Below, one piece after another: positions 1 through 41,200 of a stretch of 64,000 nt of DNA. The notes under the pieces are model-generated. The model saw only the letters and a list, made by a program, of their open reading frames with translations, was not told where the DNA came from and did no database searches. This DNA is from Callorhinchus milii. Taxonomy: Eukaryota. Both the position numbers and the translations under genes were made by a program. The stretch covers positions 62,001-126,000 of the forward strand of contig NW_024704753.1 in the NCBI RefSeq assembly GCF_018977255.1. Reading direction: 5' to 3'. The stretch's first letter is position 1. Each line of letters opens with the position of its first letter.

Positions 1-97
1 ATAAGTTTGTGAGAAAGTCTCTGCCGTTGTGTGCAAAGGTTAGGGTTCCAAGGATTGGTTTACACTTTGAATGTGTTTTTCTGCTTCCCTTTTCTAG

Positions 98-6325
<6,228 letters not shown>

Positions 6326-7127
6326 GCGAGGAGGAGCCTGTGGTGAGTGTCACTGGGTGTCGCCCACTAACAGGAAACGAACAACAGTGAATGCAGCAAG
6401 CAACCCTCCACCTGAAGCTCAGTCACAAGGGTTCTGGTCTATTTTTCATTAATTACAATCAGGACCAAAACTGAGACTTGTTTATTCTTCCTGACTGGCC
6501 ATGATGCATCAAAACATTTGTTTTTTTTCCCCCCGGTTTCTCATGAAATTCAATGTGAACATGTGCACATGGCTCATTGTAGGCCAGCAACAAACTGTGA
6601 CATGAATAGTTACTATTGCCTGATCATTGATCCTAGCACAATGTCTGGAGATTTGTTAAATAATTTGTTTTAAACATGGAGATACTAAAAAAGCAAAGTG
6701 CATGTATAGGCAATGGCGCTGAAGTCCAACATTAACAATGTAGGAACAATAGTTAGTAATAGTTAGTTGCTGGTCCATTGAACTTGTCTCAACATTTTAT
6801 TAGGTTGCGAAAGGTTTTAATACTTTCATTCACAACAAACTCTCTTTTAAACATCCCAACTGATTCTGCATCTATAGCCTTTTGGTAGCGTTCTGTGTGA
6901 AGAAATCTTTTCTGATTTCACTTCTAACTACCAAACCTCTAATTTTAAGATTATGCTTCCTAGTTCTAGATTTACGTAACAACGGCGTTCCATAATGCAA
7001 TGACCTGCGCAAAAGGCTGATTAGGACACAGTTGCAATATTGCATGTATTCTAATTTATTAGTTTGAATTAGATGCTATTGGAATCACAGTGCAGTGAGT
7101 CCAGCTCCACTTAGCATCTAAACTCCC

Positions 7128-7460
7128 GAGTAGGCGGTCGCACTCTCACCTAGAGTCAGAAGGTTTGGTTTCAGGCCCACATCAGGACTTGGAACTCGTA
7201 ATCTAGGCTGACATTTCTATGCAGGGCTGGGGATGTGCTGCAGTGTTGGAGCCTGTGCAGATGGATGCTGAAGGAAGATCCTGTGGCACTATGTGAAAAG
7301 ACAAGTTTGTCTGATCAACAATCTTCCAAATCAAAGTGGTCATTCACTTCATGGCTGTCAGCATCTGCATCTAGTTCACTGGATTGTCACCTACACCATA
7401 TCAGAAATAACTTGCTCTTGTATATGGTTTTGTAAAACTTACATTAGGGACATTGCCACT
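7128..7460 (+). mobile_element. Degraded tRNA-headed Deu-type SINE between the NPRL2 and DCAF1 3' ends
   Basis: CACTCTCACCTAGAGTCAGAAGGTTTGGTTTCAGGCCCAC head, then ATCTAGGCTGACA and Deu-like segments. Boundaries are approximate. Confidence 0.5.
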
Positions 7461-8633
7461 TGTGAAAAAGAGGTGGAGAGAAAATAAATCCAATAACATT
7501 ATTCTTGAGTTCTAGTCTTCAGAACCTGGCAAAAAATAAATCAAACAGATCAGGTGATGAGGAAGAGGGTCATTTGAGTTTGAGACAAACTATGTGTCGG
7601 GTCTCTTTATGATAACAAAACAATGCCCATTGTATCGGAAAAGGGCTCTTAAAACTCAAGAAGTGGTGTACTTCACAGCTTTCTGCAAACCCTAAAGCAG
7701 TTTGGATACCTCGTGCACCTCCAATTGGGAGACAAAACAAAATCAGGCTTTTAGTTTGCATCTTAAAACACTCAAATATCTATTCATAACTATTATGTAA
7801 GGTTTGTGCTAAAAGAAACAATGCTCCCAGCTATATCTCCATACAACGGGAGGTAGTTGAGAAAATGAGACATCCTAATATCTCAACTGTCAGTAAAATT
7901 GGATAATGCTGATCCAAAATAAATACAGTCCTAATCATACCCATTATATAGAAGTTCTGATCAAAGCTGAACGTTTATTCAAAAAATGGTTTGCGTTGCA
8001 AGATTTCACTGTATGTTTTAACAAATGTATTTTATCAACAAGGCTATTCCAGCATACGTACCTAAAGCAAATAGTATTTACTGTTACCACAAAGCGTTTC
8101 AAAATCAAGCAGGTCCCAAACATTGCAACATCAACTGAGGTAAAAGGATGTTATGCCTCCTGGTGAAGTGTCAGCCAATGTTTAGATGTAAAATTATGGT
8201 GATTTCTCATTTATACAACCACCCTTATTATATGGATCTCTGTATAAAAGTTGACTTTTTTTTTACACATATAAACAAATGTATCATAAAAAAAATCCCC
8301 CAAAACAAAATTATTCTTTTTTAACCACTCCAAGTGCTCGTGCACACGTGAGGCCAAGCTGTCAGAGGCTGCTCGCAGTCACCACACACACGTGATGGCC
8401 TCACTGAGCCCAGGGTCTGCACCTCATCAACCAACCAGAGTTCAGCATCACAGGAACCAGTGGCCTGGTTCCCAGGAGCATTGCAATCAGACTAATTTAC
8501 TTTCCGTCTCACTCTGTCTGTCAGGACTTAAAACATGTCTCCTGCAGTCAACACGATTCTTTCTCACTAGCTCAGATGGGCACCTCTTTTGAGCTTAGAT
8601 CTTCATTCTCTTCACCTCCTTTCAACCACAGCC

Positions 8634-32911
<24,278 letters not shown>

Positions 32912-32979
32912 TGCTGAGCTGCAGGAGCACAGACACACACACACACACTGAGCAATGGCAGCCGCAGACACATGGACCC

Positions 32980-33420
32980 TCTCGGCGCCGCGGGAACCAC
33001 ACAGCTACACGTTTACAACCGCGAGAGATGGAAGAATGAGAAACACTCAACACCCCCCACCCCCCGCGCGCGTGTCCCCGTGTGTCTGCCCACCCCCACC
33101 CCCCTCTCTGCCTCACCCCGTGTCTCTCTCCCCCCGAGGCCCCGGGCTCTCTCTCGGGTCCCGTTGCTTTACCGTCTCTGTCGGGGAAAGGCTCCTGTGT
33201 GCTCGAGGGCCTCCCGCGGGCAGCACGTGCCGCTGAGGCGCCTTCAGCCCGGCCCCGGCTCCGAGCTCTTACCTTATTTCGCGGCTCCACGCTCCCGCTC
33301 CAGGCCCCGAATGGCGGCGCCCTGACGCTGATCGACGTCCTCACGTCCATGCGTGACCTCACAAAGCATGCCGGAACTTGTAGTCCGGGTCAATCTATTT
33401 CCTGCGCATGCGTGCCAGCA
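32980..33420 (-). promoter_or_regulatory. DCAF1 CpG-island promoter and non-coding first exon
   Basis: CpG-rich. Candidate first-exon donor AAG|GTAAGA at 33273/33272; the acceptor of the ATG exon is at 32919-32920. Motifs: YY1-like AATGGCGGC (33310-33318), GGACTACAAGTTCC (ZNF143/THAP11 GFY-type, 33373-33386, minus strand) and NRF1 TGCGCATGCG (33403-33412). Confidence 0.75.
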
Positions 33421-34920
33421 CCGATGCCAGCCTGTGAGCTGCAGGGTGGCACAGCTCACTTGGCAGGTATCTCACTTTCCTACCGTGTATGTTACTCCTC
33501 TTCTGAAAATTTATGGTGTTACATTTTCCCTCTGTTTATTATCTGACTTTGGCTTCTTTCCGCTTTTCTATAATACACCAACTCACAGGAATGACATTTA
33601 CTGAACACAAACATTCATTCATTTAAATGGTACAATTTGCTGCTCATTTGCCCAATCATGTCTGTGCTATTGCCATCTACATTTCTGAATCACTTTTTTT
33701 TATTAATCTCAGTTCCAGCACTCTTCCCACGTCTTATATTTGTGTTGCATTTCTTTTTAAATGATTTATAGATCCCGCCTCTGACATTCCTGTTACCTCT
33801 TCCCTAATATTGAAAGGGAGACAATGCCCCATTGTTATTGATTCCCAAACTAAAAGAAATCCTTTTTCTTATCGCGCTCCTTCAGTACTCCGTTACATCA
33901 TAAAGAGGGGCGGTGCAGTGAGGGGACAATATGTACCGTGTAAATAAAGAGCATCAGAACACAAGACAGGAACATCTTGGTCCCTCTACCTGAATGGGCT
34001 GTTCGGAGGCAGTCACAAGGGGATGGTTCATGTGTGGATTGTACCGGACAGTATATGTGTTGCATTTTCTTTTTTGTCAAGAGAATTTTTTAATGCAAGC
34101 CAAATACTAAATACTGCAATAACTATACTTTATCAATAAATATATACTTTGTTAAAAACTATCATCTCTCAATATCTTCTGCTCCAGCAGAAAAAAAAGC
34201 CACATGTAAGCTAATTATTTCGACCTATAGAATGGTAAATTTTCAGATTTTTGAAAAAAAGGAAAGAGAATACTCCTTTGCACAAGATCATTAGTATTTA
34301 TTTCACATCAGTAATTCTCCAATATCAACACTATATGCCTCAGCCAAGATTTTCACCAACCTCACTCGTAGCCCCTTCTGTGGGATACATATCTAATTAC
34401 ATATTATAGTCAACTGTATAACTTCTGCAGCAATTATGAAAGAAACCTCAGGGAAGATAGTTTCTACGAAGCTACAGCAGCCAATACAGATGGCATTATT
34501 GCAAGAACCTAGCATAAATTGCGCAGCTGCACGACTCACATTATTCATTGGTGTTACACAACTGTAACAGTAGTATACGTCCATCAATGCACTCAGATTG
34601 GAGAATACTACTAGAAACTTCCACAGGATAGACAGTGCTACAAAACCTTTCTTCTACTGTTTCAGAATGATAGGTAAGATCATGTCACTTGTACTGCTGA
34701 GACATCATTTGAAAACGACTGATCTACAGGTATAAGTGAGACATAAAATCAATAAAACTTCCCTGAATCATATTGTCAGAGATAATTGGGTGTTTCAACT
34801 CCTTCTCAAATGTGACAAACTATTTGACAAACATTGAACTGGATTCTTGTTGATTGTGTTGCTTCCTTGTAGATTTTGCATGTAGATTTGATGTCAAATC
34901 ATATACAGTTGCAAAAGCTA

Positions 34921-36710
34921 ATAATACTTCCTTTTGATATAGCTCCTTATTATGTCTTCAGGATTTCTCAAAGCACTTCACAGAATATCTGTAAAGTGAA
35001 TTGACTGTATTTTGGAAGAAACGTGGCAGCCAATTGCACACAACAACAACAACAAGATTCCATTTATTGAGCGCCTTTCACGTCGGGAGGACGTCCCAAG
35101 GCGCTGTACAGTTGGGTCAGGACCCGAGCAGGGGGGAAATGGTCAGGGGGAGGGAAGGGAGGGAGCGAGGAGGGGGTAGAGAGTCGAGAAGGGAGCTGAA
35201 GGCACGGTCAAAGAGAAAGGTCTTGAGACCGGCCTTGAAGGAGGAAAGGGAGGAAGCGGCGAAGGCACTGGGGGATAGAGTTCCAGAGCCTAGGGGCTGA
35301 GAGGCTGAAGGCCCGGCCACCGATAGTAGGGCGGTTGGGGCAGGGGATGTGGAGCAGACCGGAGCCAGAGGAACGGAGGGTACGGGCGGGTAGGTAGGGG
35401 GATAGTAGGTCGGAGAGGTAGGAGGGAGCGAGGCCGTGAATGGCCTTGTAGGTGAGGATCTTGAATTCGATCCTCTGGGGGATGGGGAGCCAGTGGAGGC
35501 GAGCGAGGGTGGGAGTGATGTGTTCCCGAAGCCTGGTGCGGAACAGTACACGAACTGTAGAGTTCTGAATGACCTGCAGTGTGGAGGGAGGGCCGGGAAG
35601 GCCGGCGAGGAGAGAGTTCCCATAGTCCAGCCTTGAGATGATAAAGGTGTGGACCAGAGTTTCAGCCGCGTGAGGGGTGAGGTAGTGCCGTAGTCTGGCG
35701 ACATTCCGGAGGTGATGGAAGGCGGTGCCAGTTGTGGCGCGGATATGGGGAGAAAGGACAGCTCAGGGTCGAACAGAACCCCGAGGTTCCTGACTGGCTT
35801 TGAGAGGTGGAGAGTGCAGCCTTGGATGTTGATGCTGTCAGCGCCTGAGGTGCGGAGGCGCTGACGTGAGCCAATCAGGAGGGCCTCCGTTTTGCGCATG
35901 TTGAGCTGGAGAAAGTTATCTCTCGTCCAGGACTCAATGTCGGACAGGCAGGCTGTCAGGACATCGGTGGTCGTGGAGTTGAGGGTAGAGGAGGAAAGGT
36001 AGAGTTGGGTGTCATCCGCATACATGTGGAAGTTAACCCCATGTCTGCGGATGATGTCACCGAGGGGGAGCATATAGAGGGTGAAGAGGAGGGGACCGAG
36101 GACAGAGCCTTGAGGGACACCGCACGAGACAGTGCGGGGGCCGGAGGAAAAACCATTTGTGGAGACAAAGTGAAGACGGTGGGAGAGGTACGACCTAAAC
36201 CACTCAAGGACAGGGCCTTGAAGGTTTAGGTGGGAGGACAAGCGGTGGAGGAGGATAGCATGGTCGACCGTATCGAATGCTGCCGATAGGTCGAGGAGGA
36301 CGAGGAGGCAGAGGGAGCCCTGGTCACAGATGGTCAGGATGTCATTGGTGACCTTGACCAGGGCAGTTTCTGTGCTATGGGCAGCACGGAAACCCGACTG
36401 AAGGGGTTCGAATAGTGAGTGGTTGGAGAGGAAAGAGCGCAGCTGGGAGGCCACAACTCGTTAAATAATGTCCCACAATCAGTCGTGGATTGAGTGACCA
36501 AATTATTTTTAAAAACATTTTTGAAGGGATTATTACCCCTGGCAAACCAATCCACCAATTGACTAAAAGCTGGGTTCTGAGTTACTGCTAGGTAAACAGA
36601 GACATGTGGAGTAAGGAAACATGCTTGATGTTTCACCCTGACTGGGAATCAAACCCAGGTCCTCTCGCTTGTGAGGCGAGTACTCTAATCACTACCCTAC
36701 AGGACTCCAC
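34921..36710 (-). mobile_element. Older long-subfamily tRNA-SINE split by an L2 insertion (tail 34921-35040, head 36465-36710)
   Basis: The SINE sequence GCAGCCAATTGCACA stops at 35040 and resumes as AATGTCCCACAATCAGTCG after the L2. The tRNA head ends CTACAGGACTCCAC at 36710. Confidence 0.8.
35041..36460 (-). mobile_element. L2-clade LINE, 5'-truncated, relatively young, with RT domain and a frameshift
   Basis: ORF 35117-36454 carries RT motifs [42 protein letters not shown] and [10 protein letters not shown]. An apparent 1-nt deletion near 35747-35750 shifts the frame; the downstream frame reads [11 protein letters not shown]...[10 protein letters not shown]. It has a 3' hairpin and a (TTG)n tail. 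Confidence 0.93.
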
Positions 36711-37752
36711 ATAACAAAGGGTGTAACTTGGTTCATACCTGATAGAACTGTAACAAACATTCAGTGGTCAGGTATAGGAACCTCTTTTAGTGCGACTCTG
36801 CCTCTGGCATTGATACTGTGTTTCTATAGAACCTCAGTTGCCACACAATCATTTCAACACAGAACATTAATTTTGGACTAAACAGCACCACTGTCAGAGT
36901 CCTAGTAGACAGCAGCCTCACTGTGCAGTGCAGATCCAGCCATCATGGACATTGCTTAGAGAATTCACACCCTCGATGCTGTACTAGTTCAAGAGTCTTA
37001 CAGGTCTAATGGGACCTCAAAGTCCTTGTGCTGGTGTGAAAGAGACTACATGAATCTCTACCACTTGCTACATTATAATTATCCAAACCTCTATGCTTTC
37101 ATTGGTGTAACATTAAATAAGCTCCACTTTTATACAATTACGCCCATCACTCTTGAAACGTTACACTGTGAAGTAATAGCACTAAGGAAACCTCGCACCT
37201 ATGTGCTTAAGAAACACTACTAGCACGTTACACACCAAGGTAACGCCACTATAGAAACCTCAGAGCTTACAGGACTCCACACCTATGTAACTGTATGTCT
37301 ACACGATACAGCTCTAGCTTTGATTGGAACAGCTAGTGGAGAGCACTGGTTACTTCATCATCATTGTCTGGCTCCTACATTAACAAAATCAGAATATGAG
37401 TTTTTTTCTGCTCTAAAGTTTAGCGTTGTACATTTTTTGGGAGTATCACAGTTGCTATATGGGTTGCTGAGGGACATCAATAACACAACAATAGTTTACC
37501 CACTTTGTACTCTACTAGCATTGCAACTTGGAATAGTAAAATGTTAGCAATCTCCTGAACCTACTCAGACCTCATTTTTGACCCGTTGTTGTACTCCTTC
37601 AAACACAATTCTACAAATAAAGTTCACAATCATAGTAAATACAATGAGCCATGTTATTCTGTCTGTCCACTTAGGCTCCTATATTTTAAAATATTCTCAA
37701 TATCCAGATTTTGGATGCTCAGTGCACTGGGTTTGGATTTAGTACTGAACTA

Positions 37753-38079
37753 TAATAATAATATAATAATAATCCTTGCATTTGATATAGCGCTTTTCAC
37801 GTCGGGAGGACGTCCCAAAGCGCTTCACAGAACACACTGTAAAGTGAATTGACTGTATATTTGTGGGCGAACGTGGCAGCCAATTGCGCACAGCAATATC
37901 CCACAAACAGTCATGGATTGAAAATGACCAATTTATTATTGTTTTTGGTTTTGAAGGGATTATTATTAGGCTCTGTGTGGAGTAAGGAAACTTGCCCAAG
38001 GTTTCGCCCTCTGCCTGGAATTGAACTCAGGTCTCTCGCTTGCAAAGCGAGTGCTCTATCCACTGAGCTACAGGACTCC
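37753..38079 (-). mobile_element. Young tRNA(Ala)-derived SINE (short subfamily), just 3' of the KLHDC8B stop codon
   Basis: Full-length copy nearly identical to 56405-56730, in the same orientation as KLHDC8B and probably within its 3' UTR. Confidence 0.9.
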
Positions 38080-38221
38080 ACAAACTAATTAGAACTAATT
38101 CTAAGACAAAACATTATTTGAGAGCTTCTCACACTGTCACACTGATGTCAATATTCTTCACCAGAATCAGACCACAATGGCACATAATCCACGTTGCTGC
38201 TATTTCAGAGTTTCTCCAAAG

Positions 38222-41200
38222 TTAGCTGCTTTCTCGGACACTCAAGGCCTCCACAGCATTACTGGGTCCCTGAGACACCCCACCAATCACAAAGAGCATA
38301 TTGTCACCTTGGAGACTGGCACAGGAACAACGAGGGCAATTCATTGCTGGTAGACTCTCCCATTTCCTCTTAGTTGGATTAAACCCTTCTACAGACCCAA
38401 GCGGCGATGGTTGGTTTCCTGCAATTGAGATGAAATATAAAATGGGATGATTGGCTATTGAAAGATTATCCCAAATTTGAGATGGGACAGATCAATTATA
38501 TCTCTGTTAATTATTGCAGATGAGATGAAATATCTAGCCTGGAAAAAGGAGATAGAATAGATACTTAGAAAGTAAGAGTATTAAGGGATCGAAAAAAGAG
38601 CAGAGGAATTGAATTAAAGTAAAAACTGCCATAATCTAATAAACACAGCAGGCACAAATAGTTACTTTAAAAGAATTGTCTGCAGATTTCAAATGGTTTC
38701 TATCTGTACAAACCCTCGATTGGCCAGCACCTTGAGATGTCCTCCCGATGTGAAAGGTGCTATAAAAATGCAATCTGTTGTTGTCGTACTAATATACAGA
38801 GCATTCCTATGTCTTTCCTTATCCAGCAGCACCTGGTAATGGGCAATTACAGCCTTTGTATACAGGCAGTTAGAACATTTGTAGGATTGGGATCGTGACT
38901 AGAGGAGGAAAAATAGTATGTCATCCATATACATGTGGAAGTTGATCCCATGTCTGCTGATTGTATCACCAAAATGCAGCATATAAATGAACAAAAGGAG
39001 GAAGCCTAGAAACAGCCTTGCAGTAAAACCATAATCAAAGCACTAGATGGCATGTCCTGTTCCCCAGACAGGCTTGCTGAGCCCTGACTGTCTGTCCACT
39101 TTGGCTGACTGGAGTTTACTTCCCCAGAGTCTGTTATGTGTTGAACAAAATCAGTCATCATTTATGGCTGCATAGTTGATAGTAGTATTTTAAACTATAT
39201 CTATGACAAAGATTTACAAAGAATGTAAAGCATGGAAACAGGACACTCAGCCTAACCAGTACTTTCTGCTGTTTATACTCCACATGAGTTTCCGTCCATT
39301 CTTTACTCCTTTCCTATAATCTATTCCCCTCTCCCTTGTGTGAGGATTGAGATTCCTCTTGAACACATTTATACTATCTGATTCAACCATTGCTTCAGGC
39401 AGCAAGTTCCACATTCTCACTACCCTCTCCGTGAAGTACTTCCTCCTAAATTCTCTTTTATGTTTTATGAAAGCATTGAAAAATTATATTTTGAGACTCA
39501 GACAAAGTAAGAATCAGGGCTATGTCCTGACAAATGGCCTGATGAAAATGTGCAGCTCATATGTAGTGATACCTAAACCTCCAGCAGCAACCACTCGACC
39601 TCCAACATAACCCACAGCAAAGTCTGCTCGTTTCTCTCTCATCCGTGTGCAGCGGGACTGCTTGGTCCAAAGCCCTGAAAAAAACAAAATTAATATTTAT
39701 AAACTTTCAAATGTAGTGATATTTGTAATGCAAGGGTTTTCAAAATTATGAAAATTTTAATAGGGGGAAATGGCAGATAAATGGAATTGGAAGGATTGCT
39801 CTTAAAAGAGCAGCACAGACACAATGGTTCTAATAGCCTTCTTCTGTGCTGTAAATTTCTATGGTTCTGTGGTAAATATAGAGAAAGACTATCAACTAAT
39901 TAATGCGTCATATAAAAAAAAACTGAGGGATATTACTAAAAGAAAAAAGGGAAATTAGAAGCAGTTTTATTGTACAGTCATTAGAATTTGGAATACTTCT
40001 CTACAAATGGCTGTTGTAGCCAAATTGGTAACAACTATTTAAAAGAGAATTGGATGATGACATGAGAAAATAAAATTGAAGGGGATAAGAATAATATTAG
40101 AGCCAATTGTTTCAATTGATAAATGAGCACCAGTACAGGCACAATGGGGAAAGAGGAGGGGAATGAGATAAGTACAGATAGCTCCAGGTTTTAGGAGATC
40201 TTAGTCACTTCAGTTACCATGGTAGCACAATTTCATTATTTTAGGTAACATGATGAATTCACTGTGGGCTGGAGCATTTATGACAAAACAGACTAAAAGT
40301 CTTCCCAGCTCCACCATGCACAGCATCCATCTGATCCTAAACTCTGCCGCCCACATACAACAACAAGATTCCATTTATAAAGCGCCTTTCACATCAGGAG
40401 GACGTCCCAAGGCGCTGCATACACACCCACTCTAAATTCCATACCCCCATTATACCAGTTCTAGCCAAACTCCATTGGCTCCCTATCACCAAATTGATCG
40501 ATTTCAAGATCCTCACACTCATTTTCAAATCCCTTCATGCCCTGGCACTTCCCTACCTCTACGACCCGCTTACTCCCCAACCCTCAATCCGCTGCCTCCG
40601 CACGACTGGCTCCAGCCTTCTCCATGTCCCTTGTGTCCTCTGTTCCGCCATTGGTGGCTGCTCTTTCAGTCACTACACAACAAAACTCTGGAACACTCTT
40701 CTCCTCTCCCTCTGCCTTGTCCCTTCCTTCCTTAAATGCAAGTTATTGTTAAATGATAGTTGTTGTTTGAGATTTCGCAATTATTCACTAATATCTTTAC
40801 TTTGTGGAACATCAAATAGCTTCCTTTCAAATATCTATTTGCAATAATAGCTGGTCTATACCTATTTCCGAGGTGAATGCAGGATACTGGAACTCACTGA
40901 AATCAGATAATCTAACACATTGACTGGATTCCATAAGATGGCTGAAGGCTATCTCTCCATTGAAGTGTAAACATCAGTACAATTCATAGAACTGTGCAAG
41001 AATGACCTTAACAGGGGTAATATATGTCATATTTAATCAACCCAAGAAAGTCTGTGCGTAGGAGGGCCAGCCTGAAACGCAACATTGAACAATGTACTCT
41101 GTGTCTCCACTTTTCTACCAGGGTAGCATGAGATACTACAACAACAACAACAAAATTACATTTGTAAAGCGTCTTTTTTGTCAGGAGGATGTCCCAAGGC

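Noticed and set aside
35117-36454. 445-aa reverse transcriptase ORF as an active or domesticated gene
   Set aside because: It is a 5'-truncated L2 with no endonuclease domain or promoter, a non-ATG start and a frameshift after the RT core.
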